64,000 nucleotides of DNA, from NCBI RefSeq assembly GCF_054482525.1, contig NZ_CM137006.1. One strand, 5' to 3'. Under the pieces are notes generated by a model that saw nothing but the letters and a program-made list of their open reading frames with translations, was not told where the DNA came from and ran no database searches. Within the stretch, counting starts at the first letter, position 1, and each line of letters starts with the position of its first letter. The translations under genes and the position numbers were made by a program. Below are positions 11,453 through 22,691 of this stretch, one piece after another.

Positions 11453-11983
11453 ATCGATAATACGCGCGTATAAGTTCACATCATCATAGGCATCATTCAG
11501 GAACTCAGCCTGTTTCAGACAACCTTCAAGGATAAAACCATTGCGCAAAGCGACCTGGTTGCTTTGCGCATTGTCCACCCGACATTTGATCACGAAGCGT
11601 CTAAGTTCACCAGACTGAGCGTAATGATGAATCAATGCCTGCAGCGCCTGAGAAATGATCCCCTGCCCCTGATGAGATTCGTCCAGCCAGTAGCCGATTT
11701 CAGCGGTTTTATTCAGTGGTTCAATACGATTAAACGAGATAACGCCGATAAGTTCATCTTCTTTGAAAATCATGAACATTTTGGCATATCCGCGTTGATG
11801 CAACATTACATTGCCCTGCACCGTTTTTCGTGTGTCCTCTTCACTTTGAACAAACTGCGGCCAGTTTAGCGACTGCTGTAACCAGGTTCTATTTTTACAG
11901 ATTAACTGATAAAGAGGTGTGACATGACTTTCTGCAACAGCATGTAATTCAAGTGATTCACTTACTTTTATCGTTTCGGTCAT
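11444..11983 (-). CDS. rimL: Ribosomal protein L7/L12 serine N-acetyltransferase
   Basis: 179-aa form from the internal Met ([27 protein letters not shown]...); GNAT fold; track ORF starts 5 codons upstream. Confidence 0.9.
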   Translation of the reverse strand: MTETIKVSESLELHAVAESHVTPLYQLICKNRTWLQQSLNWPQFVQSEEDTRKTVQGNVMLHQRGYAKMFMIFKEDELIGVISFNRIEPLNKTAEIGYWLDESHQGQGIISQALQALIHHYAQSGELRRFVIKCRVDNAQSNQVALRNGFILEGCLKQAEFLNDAYDDVNLYARIIDSQ

Positions 11984-12045
11984 CTTATCTCCAGTCAATC
12001 CATGCAGTTGTTAAAAAAGCCGCCTGGCTGGCGGCTTAGGAAAGT

Positions 12046-12270
12046 TTACACCTCTTTGACGCTCTCCTGCTGCAGGATTTTGAGCATCTCATCTTTTAAC
12101 TGTAGCTTTTGTTTTTTCATGCGGACCACTTCCGCATTGTACCCTCGACCGTCGGAACCTTCCTTTTTGGCAATTTCATGATCAAGTTTATTGTGTTTAT
12201 CGAACAAGGACATAAAGCGAGGATTTTCGTTTTTCAGACGGGATATTAAATCTCGGTATTCTGGAAACAT
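12046..12270 (-). CDS. ydcH: Small DUF465 protein
   Basis: Track ORF 76 aa; 74-aa form MFPEYRDLISRLKNENPRFMSLFDKHNKLDHEIAKK... Confidence 0.8.
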   Translation of the reverse strand: MFPEYRDLISRLKNENPRFMSLFDKHNKLDHEIAKKEGSDGRGYNAEVVRMKKQKLQLKDEMLKILQQESVKEV

Positions 12271-12409
12271 ACGCACTCCCTGTTAGTGGCTGACAAGGTG
12301 TATCTGAAATACACACCATCAGATTACTCATTTAACTTAGGGAAAAATGCGAGCGGGATCGTGTTTAACCAGACGGCACCTCCCGAAGAAGGTACCGAAG
12401 AAAAAACGA

Positions 12410-14065
12410 TTAACTCATCACGCGGTCGTCAACATACTGACGTTTATCGGGCGCTGGCGGGAAATACTGATACAGCCATGTTTCACTGATAGCGTCGCCC
12501 TGACAACGCAGATACATCCGCATATCGACCGGATCAGTGGAGTCCGAAGTCGGATACCAGTCAAACTGAATACGATAACCATCAATGGGTTCAATATAGA
12601 GAATTTCGATTTGCTTCGCTTCCCCACTGGAAAGCGTAATCACCGGCTCAATGCCTTTTGGCGCGGCAGCTTTCAGATCACCACCAACGAAATCGACGGC
12701 AAAACGACGCGCCCATTTTTCGGGATAGTGTTCACCTGGAGCCCAACCTTCCGGGAAACCGCCCATGCCGGTACGCGTCGCCATAACGCGCGCTAATGGG
12801 CAATGAACAGGCGGTTGCGCACTCCAGTACAGACGATACTGGAATGCAAACTCATCACCCGCTTTTACAGCTTTTTCTGGCTGCCAGAAGCAGACAATGT
12901 TATCCAGCGTTTCGCCCGTTGTTGGGATTTCCATCAGGCCGATGGTGCCCTTACCCCACTTGTTACGCGGCTCCACCCACAGACTTGGGCGTTTGTTATA
13001 CCAGCCCATAATGTCCTGATAATGGGAGAAATCACGATCCAGTTGCAATAAACCAAACCCTTTCGGGTTGTTGTCGGTGTAAGCATTGAACTGCAATTTT
13101 TGCGGATTATTCAGCGGACGGCAAATCCACTCGCCATTGCCCCGCCACATGGACAGACGATCTGAGTCATGGATTTGCGGATGAATGGTGTCGCACATCC
13201 GACGTTCATTAGTACCGCAGCTGAACATGCTGGTCATCGGCGCAATGCCCAGCTGTTTAATGTCTTTGCGCGCATACAGGTGATTTTCCACATCCATAAT
13301 CACCTGACTTTTCTCACAATGGATAGTGAACTTATAGGCACCAGTAATGCTGGCGCTATCGAGCAACGCATAAACGGTAAAGGTGGTTGCCCCCGGTTTT
13401 ACCGTATCAAACCAGAAGGCGGTAAAGTCGGGGAACTCTTCTTTACTGTCGGTGTAAGTGTCGATCGCCAGGCCGCGAGCCGACAAACCGTATTGATATG
13501 TATCATCAACCGCGCGGAAATAACTCGCGCCGAGGAATGATACGACATCACGGCGCGCCAGTTCGGGGGCTTTAAACACGCGAAAACCGGCAAAACCGAG
13601 ATCGCTTTGCCCTTCTAATTGTTTGGTATCAACACCCGCATCGTTGTATTTGAACAACTCCGGGCGAAAGTGAATTTCACGCGCCAGATGTGTTGCGGGA
13701 TCAACAGAAAACATACGAACGCGGCGACGGAATCCCATTCCCATATGGAAGAACTGAGCGTCCAGTTGACGGTTCTCAACGTTATGCCAGAGCGATTTTT
13801 CGGCGTCGTATTGAATACTGTTATAAGCCTGCGGCGTCATTGTCGCCAGAGTGTCAGGTAACGGACGCGGCGCACTACGCCACGCGGTTTGCGCTAAGTC
13901 GTGCGCCATTGACTGTAGAATGGAGAAGTCAAAACGCTGGGTTTGCCCGTCGGCAATATCAGAATCTGCCGCGAATGCCGCCTGAGAAAAAAGAGAAGCA
14001 ATGCCGCTGGTACCGCACACGGCGGCCATAGCCATTGAACCTTTAATAAATCGTCTACGATCCAT
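12410..14065 (-). CDS. opgD: Glucans biosynthesis protein D (periplasmic, Tat-exported)
   Basis: 551-aa ORF with twin-arginine signal [32 protein letters not shown]. Confidence 0.95.
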   Translation of the reverse strand: MDRRRFIKGSMAMAAVCGTSGIASLFSQAAFAADSDIADGQTQRFDFSILQSMAHDLAQTAWRSAPRPLPDTLATMTPQAYNSIQYDAEKSLWHNVENRQLDAQFFHMGMGFRRRVRMFSVDPATHLAREIHFRPELFKYNDAGVDTKQLEGQSDLGFAGFRVFKAPELARRDVVSFLGASYFRAVDDTYQYGLSARGLAIDTYTDSKEEFPDFTAFWFDTVKPGATTFTVYALLDSASITGAYKFTIHCEKSQVIMDVENHLYARKDIKQLGIAPMTSMFSCGTNERRMCDTIHPQIHDSDRLSMWRGNGEWICRPLNNPQKLQFNAYTDNNPKGFGLLQLDRDFSHYQDIMGWYNKRPSLWVEPRNKWGKGTIGLMEIPTTGETLDNIVCFWQPEKAVKAGDEFAFQYRLYWSAQPPVHCPLARVMATRTGMGGFPEGWAPGEHYPEKWARRFAVDFVGGDLKAAAPKGIEPVITLSSGEAKQIEILYIEPIDGYRIQFDWYPTSDSTDPVDMRMYLRCQGDAISETWLYQYFPPAPDKRQYVDDRVMS

Positions 14066-14289
14066 ACCTGAAAGTGAGTCCTTCTGGTGTTGTGAATGGT
14101 CCCGCGCTGGTCGTTTTCAGCGGCAAGAAAGTGCTTATTTATGACCGCTCACTCTAGACAATATTTATTAATAATCCAATTGTTGAACTCAGAGAATATG
14201 CATTAATCGGCAATTTTTTTATGTCGATGGGATGAGCCTGATTCGTTTGTAAAATCAGGCAAATTTTTGCAAAGGCGGATGGTCAGAAT

Positions 14290-15633
14290 TTAAAGCAAAC
14301 CACAGCGACGTTTACTGCGTTCTTCCGCTTCCTGATAAAGCTGGAACTCATCCAAAACCGGGCAGCCCAACGCCTGCTCAAATGCTTCGCGACTGGCATT
14401 ACCGTGACTGCGTGCCTGCGTTTCATTACCCAGATTTGACTGGAAGATCCCCGCCGCGCTAACAGGCAAGAAATCTTCATAGGTAATGGGTTGCGCCACT
14501 ACCCAACCACGTTCAATTAAGGGCTGTGGATCGTCTCCGGAATGAATCGCCTGACGATGCGCCTCACCTGAAGGCGTCAGACGGTACCGGAACCATGCCA
14601 ACCCTTGCTGACGCATTAAAAACTCACTGTCAGGAAAAGTGCGGAAGGTTTCCTGTAAATGCATTTGGTGAGTGAGATTATCCTGACCGGTTCCAGCGTT
14701 ACGCAGAAGATCATCATACAGTTGTCGCCCTTTCGGCGTTAATGCCACACCACGCTGCTCTATTTCACCAAAGCGCGCGGTATGCGTACCCTGTTTCTGC
14801 CCTGCAAACAACACCGTCTCTTCCAGTGCTTTAAAGCTGGTCTGGCGTAGTAAAATAGGTACCTCGCGGCGCGGCGGCCCTTCGATCAGAATTTTGGGTT
14901 CAATCCCGCATTCAGGCATCATCGACTGCACCCGGTCAATATCCAGCGTACGTGGCGTCAGGTGGTTGATATGGCATCCAGGAAAACAGACCACATCAGC
15001 AATCAACCGATGTTCGTTGTGCAAGGCGCGATAGGTTTCTTCATCTACCGTTGCTGACTGGTGCCAACGAAACGTTTCCAGGGCTTCCTGCACAAACTCC
15101 TGTGCCTGTGTTTCGTTAAAACCGCCCCGCTGCTCATATTCCTCTAACAGTTGTCGACAACGTGGGGTGAAGATATCGCGCTGACGCAGAATCTCCGCCG
15201 CTTTCTGGCGCAAAATTTCGTTCTCGATAAGCTCAAGGCGGAGTAATGAAGTAAAAACGCGGAAGGGATTACGCGCCAGAGAAGCATCATCAATGGGCCG
15301 AAATGCTGTCGAATGTACCGGCACCCCCGCCTGCGAGAGATCGTAATAGCTCACCGGGTACATCCCCATAATGGCAAACATCCGCCGAAGAGTAGCAAGC
15401 TCTTGTGCAGTCCCAACACGAATCGCCCCATGACGTTCAACATTCAGTCGCGCCAGCTCGTCTGCATTTACCATTTTTTCGTGCAGTTGAGGATTGTTTT
15501 CCAGCACAGCCAGATTCACATCAGCTACCAGTTCCAGCAGCGTGCCGTACTGCGGAACTTCTTGCTGGTACATGGCTGACATTGCCTGCGAAAACTGTTC
15601 CCGAATCTCATCCGCCGTGATGCTGTTCGCCAT
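14290..15633 (-). CDS. ydcJ: DUF1338-family protein of unknown function
   Basis: 447-aa ORF MANSITADEIREQFSQAMSAMYQQEVPQYGTLLELV...; position between opgD and ydcI. Confidence 0.85.
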   Translation of the reverse strand: MANSITADEIREQFSQAMSAMYQQEVPQYGTLLELVADVNLAVLENNPQLHEKMVNADELARLNVERHGAIRVGTAQELATLRRMFAIMGMYPVSYYDLSQAGVPVHSTAFRPIDDASLARNPFRVFTSLLRLELIENEILRQKAAEILRQRDIFTPRCRQLLEEYEQRGGFNETQAQEFVQEALETFRWHQSATVDEETYRALHNEHRLIADVVCFPGCHINHLTPRTLDIDRVQSMMPECGIEPKILIEGPPRREVPILLRQTSFKALEETVLFAGQKQGTHTARFGEIEQRGVALTPKGRQLYDDLLRNAGTGQDNLTHQMHLQETFRTFPDSEFLMRQQGLAWFRYRLTPSGEAHRQAIHSGDDPQPLIERGWVVAQPITYEDFLPVSAAGIFQSNLGNETQARSHGNASREAFEQALGCPVLDEFQLYQEAEERSKRRCGLL

Positions 15634-15849
15634 AGTGTCTGCCTCCAGTGGTCAGTAATCTGGAGTGTAGGTAACCGCATTCACTCCGGCGGGAAGAATT
15701 TACAAACTGTGATCTCGCCGCGAAAACATCAATATTATCCATTTTGCTGTAACATAATTGCTTTAATTGTTAATAATATTTTGCAATCAAGTTATCATAA
15801 TCAAACAACTTCACTTGTCAGCGACACCGCTTCGTTTTTAACATCGCTT

Positions 15850-16773
15850 ATGGAAAAAAATAGTCTGTTTAGTCAGCGCATCCGTTTGCGCCACCTTCAT
15901 ACATTCGTAGCTGTCGCACAACAAGGAACTTTGGGGCGCGCGGCTGAAACCCTTAATTTGAGTCAACCTGCGCTCTCTAAGACATTGAATGAACTGGAGC
16001 AACTGACGGGCGCTCGCTTGTTTGAGCGTGGTCGTCAGGGGGCGCAACTTACCTTACCCGGCGAACAATTTTTAACGCATGCAGTCAGAGTTCTTGACGC
16101 CATCAACACTGCCGGACAGTCGCTTCATCGTAAAGAAGGTCTTAATAATGATGTCGTCAGGGTTGGTGCACTACCTACTGCGGCACTGGGGATATTACCT
16201 TCGGTTATAGGTCAGTTTCATCAGCAACAAAAAGAGACGACCTTGCAAGTTGCGACAATGAGTAACCCTATGATTCTTGCGGGTTTAAAAACCGGGGAAA
16301 TCGATATCGGCATTGGTCGGATGTCAGATCCTGAACTGATGACCGGGCTTAATTACGAACTGCTGTTTCTTGAATCGCTGAAGCTGGTTGTCCGCCCCAA
16401 TCATCCGCTACTTCAGGAGAACGTAACGCTAAGCCGGGTGCTGGAATGGCCGGTCGTTGTATCACCAGAAGGCACTGCGCCACGCCAGCATTCAGATGCA
16501 TTAGTGCAGAGCCAGGGATGTAAAATTCCTTCGGGTTGTATCGAAACGCTGTCTGCTTCGCTATCTCGTCAACTTACGGTTGAATACGACTACGTGTGGT
16601 TTGTCCCTTCTGGCGCGGTAAAAGACGACCTGCGTCATGCCACGCTGGTGGCCCTGCCTGTTCCGGGACATGGTGCAGGCGAACCGATTGGAATACTGAC
16701 CCGCGTAGATGCAACGTTCTCTTCTGGTTGCCAGTTGATGATTAACGCTATTCGAAAATCAATGCCGTTCTGA
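15850..16773 (+). CDS. ydcI: LysR-family transcriptional regulator
   Basis: 307-aa form from ATG 15850 (MEKNSLFSQRIRLRHLHTFVAVAQQGTLGRAAETLNLSQPALSKTLNELE...); track ORF starts 47 codons upstream. Confidence 0.9.
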   Translation: MEKNSLFSQRIRLRHLHTFVAVAQQGTLGRAAETLNLSQPALSKTLNELEQLTGARLFERGRQGAQLTLPGEQFLTHAVRVLDAINTAGQSLHRKEGLNNDVVRVGALPTAALGILPSVIGQFHQQQKETTLQVATMSNPMILAGLKTGEIDIGIGRMSDPELMTGLNYELLFLESLKLVVRPNHPLLQENVTLSRVLEWPVVVSPEGTAPRQHSDALVQSQGCKIPSGCIETLSASLSRQLTVEYDYVWFVPSGAVKDDLRHATLVALPVPGHGAGEPIGILTRVDATFSSGCQLMINAIRKSMPF

Positions 16774-16811
16774 AAGGTGAAGGGATCTGTCGATCCCTTC
16801 CTTGAACATTT

Positions 16812-18452
16812 TCACACCGTAGCGAAACTAACTTGTTCACCCGCTCCGCGAGGTTCTGCCAACACAGAATGTTTGTTCAGACGGAATACGTCCACCGCCT
16901 CAGTTAATCGTGCCGCCTGTTCTTCAAGGGACACCGCCGCCGCTGAGGCCTCTTCTACCAGAGAAGCATTCTGTTGCGTCACCTTATCCATTTCAGAAAT
17001 CGCCTGGCTAACCTGAGTTATGCCTCTGCTTTGTTCATCCGAGGCAGCGGCGATTTCCTGCATGATATGTGTGACACTCGCGACGGCATCAACAATAGTG
17101 CTCATGGTTTTCCCTGCCATTGCCACCTCATCCGACCCCAGGTCAATTAACCTGACTGATTCACTGATCAAGCCTTCAATCTCTTTCGCCGCCTGAGCGC
17201 TGCGGCTTGCGAGTGTCCGTACTTCGCTGGCGACAACGGCAAATCCACGCCCTTGCTCACCCGCTCGCGCGGCTTCAACGGCAGCATTCAGTGCCAGAAT
17301 ATTCGTCTGGAAAGCAATACTGTTGATGACGGAAGTGATCTCGGAAATTTTCTTCGAACTCGTGGAGATAGCGCCCATCGTTTTTACTACACCGGAAACC
17401 GTCTGCCCGCCATCGCTGGCTTTAATAGAAGCCTCCTGCGCCAGTTTGCTGGCATGATGCGCGTTATCCGCATTCTGTTTCACCGTCGCAGTGAGTTGCT
17501 CCATGCTGGCGGCAGTTTGTTCAATTGCCGCCGCTTGTTCTTCGGTGCGAGATGACAGGTCCGCATTGCCAGCTGAAATTTCGCTGGTGCCACGATAAAT
17601 CTCTTCCGCACCCTGTCGAACAGTCCCTACTGTCGTCCCCAGTGAATGCTGCATTTGCTGTAAATGACGACTTAAGCGACCGATTTCATTACGACCCGCC
17701 GGTTCATCATTCATCGTCAGATCGCCACTGGCGATTTTTTCAATCCGTTGTGCGGCATGTTGCAGTGGACGAATGACGATCCGACGTAGCACTATAAATG
17801 TTATCAGCGTCATGACCAGGGCAAGCACAAACGCGCCAATCATGAACATCCCACCCAGGCGGGTGCGCTGATGGGCCAGTTCCGCCAGTTGGTTGGCTCT
17901 GGTGCTACGTATCTTAACGGCTTTGCTCAAAATATCGGTATAAGCATTATCCAGCGGTCGGATCTGCTCACTTTCATGATTGATAATCGCTTCAAACATG
18001 CCATTTTTGGCATATTTCAACATAGGTTGCATACCCGTGATATAAGCCTGGAAGCGTTGATTTAATTCAGTGTCGAGGGCTTCATCAGCAGGTGTTTTCA
18101 CCGACCGATTCTGATAAGCACGATAACCTTGCTGCGACTGTTTAATCTCCGATTCGGCTTGCGCAATATTTCGCTTCATTGCCTCCATTTCCGCAATACG
18201 ACTCGCAGCCCCGGCCTGAATCATATTGATCCGGGCTGAACGCAAAAAATCTGAACTGTTCGCTAACCCGGTCCGAATCTCAATCTCCGCAGTAACATCC
18301 CGCTGATCGCGATCGGCCTGCCAAAGGAAATAGCCGGCCAGGGCTGAACTTAATGCGAATAGAACTAAGATACCGCCAAGAATGCAGGCAAATAACGGAA
18401 CCAGCCTGATGTGATGCAAAAAACCTAATCGCTGTGAGGGAGTTGTATTCAT
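16812..18452 (-). CDS. trg: Methyl-accepting chemotaxis protein III (ribose/galactose transducer)
   Basis: 546-aa ORF with two TM segments, HAMP region and conserved MCP signalling domain. Confidence 0.95.
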   Translation of the reverse strand: MNTTPSQRLGFLHHIRLVPLFACILGGILVLFALSSALAGYFLWQADRDQRDVTAEIEIRTGLANSSDFLRSARINMIQAGAASRIAEMEAMKRNIAQAESEIKQSQQGYRAYQNRSVKTPADEALDTELNQRFQAYITGMQPMLKYAKNGMFEAIINHESEQIRPLDNAYTDILSKAVKIRSTRANQLAELAHQRTRLGGMFMIGAFVLALVMTLITFIVLRRIVIRPLQHAAQRIEKIASGDLTMNDEPAGRNEIGRLSRHLQQMQHSLGTTVGTVRQGAEEIYRGTSEISAGNADLSSRTEEQAAAIEQTAASMEQLTATVKQNADNAHHASKLAQEASIKASDGGQTVSGVVKTMGAISTSSKKISEITSVINSIAFQTNILALNAAVEAARAGEQGRGFAVVASEVRTLASRSAQAAKEIEGLISESVRLIDLGSDEVAMAGKTMSTIVDAVASVTHIMQEIAAASDEQSRGITQVSQAISEMDKVTQQNASLVEEASAAAVSLEEQAARLTEAVDVFRLNKHSVLAEPRGAGEQVSFATV

Positions 18453-18491
18453 TACCGTTGTCTCTCTTCCAGGTTTACTCCTGATAGAAAG

Positions 18492-18518
18492 TCATCGGCA
18501 CTTGACGGTAATTACTTA
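18492..18518 (-). promoter_or_regulatory. Candidate sigma-28 (FliA) promoter for trg
   Basis: On the trg strand: TAAGTAAT-N11-GCCGATGA against consensus TAAAGTTT-N11-GCCGATAA; -10 matches 7/8, -35 is weak; about 40-65 nt upstream of the trg ATG. Confidence 0.4.
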
Positions 18519-18744
18519 CGACCAAAAACCTCTTTGCGTCACATTTTTACAACAATTATGGCAGAGAAGAATAATGCCATTGGAATGAAGAGAGTAACGA
18601 ATGATTAAACTGGCTAAACCGAATGACGAAAAATTCTGGAAAACAGCACGCAATTTCGTCAGGTGATTATTTTCGTCCCTAAGGAAACCACATAGGATGC
18701 TCACGGGTGCCTGAGACTTTCTGTTTTCAGGCTAACCGGGAATC

Positions 18745-18810
18745 AGAAAGACGAAGGCCCCGACCGATATTTCTATCAACCGAGGCCAACGAATGAACCA
18801 AGCAATTCAG
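18745..18810 (-). ncRNA. sokB: SokB antisense RNA; approximate placement
   Basis: Placed by analogy with hok/sok architecture (Sok lies antisense to the hok leader / mok start). Ends not determined from sequence. Confidence 0.3.
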
Positions 18811-18850
18811 ATGTTAGCCTCTTACCCGCCATCCGGCAAGGAAAAAGGCT

Positions 18851-19000
<150 letters not shown>

Positions 19001-19071
19001 GGGCAAGCGCGGGGATTTTCCCCGCGCATCTGACTAGCGGATTCATTTTCTCATGGCACCCCTTTTACACT

Positions 19072-19245
19072 TCAGTTAGTGCATGTTTTTTTCGATGCAC
19101 TAATAGAACCATCATTACAGACAAATTTGCCGCCTGCCGTACAGTGTGAGACCCCCCCTTTCGAACCAGAACAGGGTTTGCGCCCGGCATCGGCATAAAA
19201 GGAAGCAAGCGCTCCCATAACCAAGATAAGTGCCAATTTTTTCAT
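19072..19245 (-). CDS. ydcA: Small secreted cysteine-rich protein
   Basis: Hand translation: MKKLALILVMGALASFYADAGRKPCSGSKGGVSHCTAGGKFVCNDGSISASKKTCTN (57 aa). Confidence 0.8.
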   Translation of the reverse strand: MKKLALILVMGALASFYADAGRKPCSGSKGGVSHCTAGGKFVCNDGSISASKKTCTN

Positions 19246-19415
19246 ATAACCTCCATGGTTTATCGAATCTTATGTTCGATTTGAACGTTATACGTTGGTT
19301 TATTTTGATACCGTTGATGAGATCAAAGATCGGGTGAATTGATTAAAAATAAGCCAGATGGACGTATGGGCAAGGATTATGGTTTTATTTGTCATACAAA
19401 TAAATATAATAGGCG

Positions 19416-19479
19416 CTTCCGATGTAGACCCGTATTCTTCGCCTGTACCACGGGTCGGTTTTAGTACAGGCGTTTTCTT
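19416..19479 (+). ncRNA. rydC: RydC small regulatory RNA (Hfq-dependent)
   Basis: cttccgatgtagacccgtattcttcgcctgtaccacgggtcggttttagtacaggcgttttctt matches my recollection of RydC including the 5' seed CUUCCGAUGUAGACCCGU; perfect TATAAT at 19405-19410 just upstream; ends in hairpin plus U-tract; convergent with cybB. Confidence 0.7.
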
Positions 19480-19489
19480 TAAATATCCT

Positions 19490-20020
19490 TCAGGAACGTT
19501 TACGCGGCATCATGCGTAGAAGTGTGTTGTCCTTCCAGAAATAGTGGTGTGCCAGTGCAGCCGCAGCGTGCAACCCGATGACAAAATATCCCAGATTCGC
19601 CAGCGTCTCATGCCACGACTTTAAGCTATCAACCCGTTCGAAATTGGCCTCTGATGCATAAGGCATCGTCATACCAAACGCAAACCACGGGTTACCCCGG
19701 TTATACATCATCACCAAACCAATCACTGGCAGCGCAATAAACAGGAGATAGATCACCAAATGTCCCAAATGCGCCAGTCCCGTCATCATCGGTTTTGGCT
19801 TAGGTATAATCGGCGGGGTTGGGTATTTCAGCCTTAACAAAAGACGAACCACCATCAGCACGAGAATTGTGATGCCACAGGAAACATGAATCATGTTGAT
19901 GAGTGGCCGATCGCTACGTGGGAAGAAACCACGAAACTCCATTGCGCAATACGCTGCGATAACCAGTAAAAAGACCAGCCAGTGAATGCTGATTTGTAAC
20001 CTTGAGTATTTATTTTCCAT
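19490..20020 (-). CDS. cybB: Cytochrome b561
   Basis: 176-aa form from the internal Met (MENKYSRLQISIHWLVFLLVIAAYCAMEFRGFF...); track ORF starts 12 codons upstream. Confidence 0.9.
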   Translation of the reverse strand: MENKYSRLQISIHWLVFLLVIAAYCAMEFRGFFPRSDRPLINMIHVSCGITILVLMVVRLLLRLKYPTPPIIPKPKPMMTGLAHLGHLVIYLLFIALPVIGLVMMYNRGNPWFAFGMTMPYASEANFERVDSLKSWHETLANLGYFVIGLHAAAALAHHYFWKDNTLLRMMPRKRS

Positions 20021-20208
20021 AACATTTCCTGCTTTAAAACAATTTGCCGTTAACATAACGAGCTTTTCTTAAAATTTCATTAAATATTGTTCACCCGTTT
20101 TCAGTACGTTACGTTTCACGGCAAGAATGTAGATTGCCCATCCCGCCATCCTGGTCTAAGCCTGGAAAGGATCAATTTTCATCCGAACGTTCCTGACAGG
20201 AGAAGACC

Positions 20209-21210
20209 ATGAGTAAAGTTGGTATTAACGGTTTTGGTCGTATCGGTCGACTGGTGTTGCGTCGATTACTTGAAGTCAAAAGCAACATAGACATTGTTGC
20301 TATTAATGATCTCACTTCCCCAAAAATTCTCGCCTACCTGCTGAAACATGATTCAAACTACGGACCGTTCCCCTGGAGCGTTGATTTTACGGAAGATTCA
20401 CTTATCGTTGATGGAAAAAGTATCGCGGTTTACGCCGAAAAAGAGGCTAAAAATATTCCATGGAAAGCGAAAGGCGCAGAAATCATTGTCGAATGTACTG
20501 GCTTTTATACCTCCGCCGAGAAATCGCAGGCGCACCTTGATGCTGGTGCGAAGAAGGTGTTGATTTCCGCCCCTGCCGGTGAAATGAAAACCATCGTTTA
20601 TAACGTCAATGACGACACACTGGATGGCAACGACACCATTGTTTCCGTGGCGTCATGCACCACTAACTGCCTTGCGCCGATGGCCAAAGCCTTGCATGAC
20701 AGTTTCGGGATAGAAGTCGGCACGATGACGACCATTCATGCCTATACCGGCACTCAGTCACTGGTGGATGGCCCGCGTGGTAAAGATCTACGCGCTTCAC
20801 GTGCAGCGGCAGAAAATATCATTCCCCACACTACAGGTGCGGCAAAAGCCATTGGTCTGGTGATCCCAGAACTGAGCGGCAAACTGAAAGGTCATGCGCA
20901 ACGCGTACCCGTGAAAACCGGTTCGGTGACTGAACTGGTGTCTATTCTTGGAAAAAAAGTGACTGCCGAAGAAGTGAACAACGCGCTTAAAAAGGCGACA
21001 AACAATAACGAGTCATTTGGTTATACCGATGAAGAAATAGTCTCTTCTGATATCATAGGCAGCCATTTCGGGTCGGTGTTTGATGCCACGCAAACCGAAA
21101 TTACCGCCGTGGGCGATTTACAACTGGTGAAAACGGTCGCCTGGTACGATAACGAATATGGCTTCGTCACGCAGCTTATTCGCACCCTCGAAAAATTCGC
21201 TAAACTCTGA
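20209..21210 (+). CDS. gapC: Glyceraldehyde-3-phosphate dehydrogenase C, intact reading frame
   Basis: Uninterrupted 333-aa [26 protein letters not shown]... with catalytic motif [10 protein letters not shown]. Confidence 0.9.
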   Translation: MSKVGINGFGRIGRLVLRRLLEVKSNIDIVAINDLTSPKILAYLLKHDSNYGPFPWSVDFTEDSLIVDGKSIAVYAEKEAKNIPWKAKGAEIIVECTGFYTSAEKSQAHLDAGAKKVLISAPAGEMKTIVYNVNDDTLDGNDTIVSVASCTTNCLAPMAKALHDSFGIEVGTMTTIHAYTGTQSLVDGPRGKDLRASRAAAENIIPHTTGAAKAIGLVIPELSGKLKGHAQRVPVKTGSVTELVSILGKKVTAEEVNNALKKATNNNESFGYTDEEIVSSDIIGSHFGSVFDATQTEITAVGDLQLVKTVAWYDNEYGFVTQLIRTLEKFAKL

Positions 21211-21215
21211 CGCGC

Positions 21216-21245
21216 AAAGGCGGAGAGAAAAGCCTCCGCCTCTTT
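21216..21245. terminator. Bidirectional rho-independent terminator between convergent gapC and aldA
   Basis: aaaggcggagagaaaagcctccgcctcttt: stem ggcggag / ctccgcc with A-run before and T-run after. Confidence 0.65.
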
Positions 21246-21251
21246 CACTCA

Positions 21252-22691
21252 TTACGACTGTAAATAAACCACCTGGGTCTGCAGATATTCATGCAGGCCA
21301 TGTTTACCATCTGCGCCGCCAATACCGGATTTACGCCATCCGGCGTGGAAGCCTTGCATAGCTTCGAAGTTTTCACGGTTAATGTAAGTTTCACCAAACT
21401 TCAGCCCTTTAATGGCTTTCATCGCGACGTTCAAATTTTGGGTATAGATTGATGAGGTCAGGCCGTAATCACTGTCATTAGCCATTGCGATAGCCTCTTC
21501 CAGCGTGTCAAATGCGACCAATGGCAGCACCGGGCCAAAGGTTTCCTCGTGCATAATCGACATTTCCTGGCGAACATCCAGTAGCAATGTCGGCGGATAA
21601 TAATATCCTTTCCCCTCTACCGCTTTGCCACCCAACGCCACTCTCGCCCCTTCTTCTACTGCGCGCGCCACTTTTTGCTCGACCCTTTCCAGCGCCGCGG
21701 CGTTAATCAACGGCCCCATCGCAATGTCGTTGCGTTCAGCGGGGTTACCAAATTGAACCGCCTGCATCGCTTCACCCAGCCGATTGACGAACTGATCATA
21801 AATGCCTTTCTGTACATAAACACGTTCTGCACAGTTACACACTTGCCCACTATTAATGACGCGTGAATCAACGATGGCTTTGACTGCCAGTTCAAGATCG
21901 GCATCGTCCATTACGATAGCTGGTGCTTTACCACCCAATTCCAGACACACTTTGGTGATGTTTTTCGCCGCAGTCGCCATGATCTTTTCACCTGCAGAGA
22001 CGCTGCCTGTCATACTGACCATTGCGACCTTTGGGTTACCCGCCAGTTCTTGCCCAACGGTTTCACCACGCCCCAGAACAAGGTTAAACACGCCGCGCGG
22101 AAGGCCTATTTCATCGACGATTTTGGCGAATGCAATCGCATTGTTTGGCGTAAATTCACTGGGTTTAATGACAATGGTATTACCGGTCAAAAGAGCGGGA
22201 GCCATTTTGCGGGCAATGAGGAAGAACGGGAAGTTCCACGGCAGAATGCCGGTAGTCACACCAAGCGCACGTTTAAACAGAAGAATATTTTCTCCTGGAC
22301 GATCGCTTTGAATAATCTCGCCCTCGTAACGCCGTGCCCACTCCGCCATGTAATCGATATAGTCCGCAGTAAAAGCCACTTCGACTTCAGCCAGCTGCTG
22401 GATCTTGCCCCCTTCTTCAACAATCAGCGCACTGATTTCACTGGCGCGTTCGCGGATCCCGGCGGAGATTTTGCGCAACCAACTGGCGCGTTCAATGGCA
22501 GGCAATGCTTCCCATTCTGGTTGTGCACGTTCTGCTGCATCGATTGCCTTACGGGCATCCTCGGCCTGACCATCGGGAATGCGGGAAATGACAGCCTCAG
22601 TAGCAGGGTTTACCACATCAATCCATGCGTCTCCACGCCAGGTAACAAACTGTCCATCGATATACATAGGATGTTGAACGTGTACTGACAT
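21252..22691 (-). CDS. aldA: Lactaldehyde dehydrogenase (NAD-dependent aldehyde dehydrogenase)
   Basis: 479-aa ORF MSVHVQHPMYIDGQFVTWRGDAWIDVVNPATEAVISRIPDGQ...; aldehyde dehydrogenase family. Confidence 0.95.
   Translation of the reverse strand: MSVHVQHPMYIDGQFVTWRGDAWIDVVNPATEAVISRIPDGQAEDARKAIDAAERAQPEWEALPAIERASWLRKISAGIRERASEISALIVEEGGKIQQLAEVEVAFTADYIDYMAEWARRYEGEIIQSDRPGENILLFKRALGVTTGILPWNFPFFLIARKMAPALLTGNTIVIKPSEFTPNNAIAFAKIVDEIGLPRGVFNLVLGRGETVGQELAGNPKVAMVSMTGSVSAGEKIMATAAKNITKVCLELGGKAPAIVMDDADLELAVKAIVDSRVINSGQVCNCAERVYVQKGIYDQFVNRLGEAMQAVQFGNPAERNDIAMGPLINAAALERVEQKVARAVEEGARVALGGKAVEGKGYYYPPTLLLDVRQEMSIMHEETFGPVLPLVAFDTLEEAIAMANDSDYGLTSSIYTQNLNVAMKAIKGLKFGETYINRENFEAMQGFHAGWRKSGIGGADGKHGLHEYLQTQVVYLQS

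Noticed and set aside
12347-12796. 149-aa plus-strand ORF at the opgD 3' end
   Set aside because: Antisense to opgD; no ribosome-binding context.
18833-18850. In-frame N-terminal extension of hokB as the mok frame
   Set aside because: The hokB frame upstream has no ATG before an in-frame TAA at 18680; only a distant GTG (18707) would extend it, giving an implausible 97-aa product. The mok-like frame is the separate, shifted frame described in the findings.
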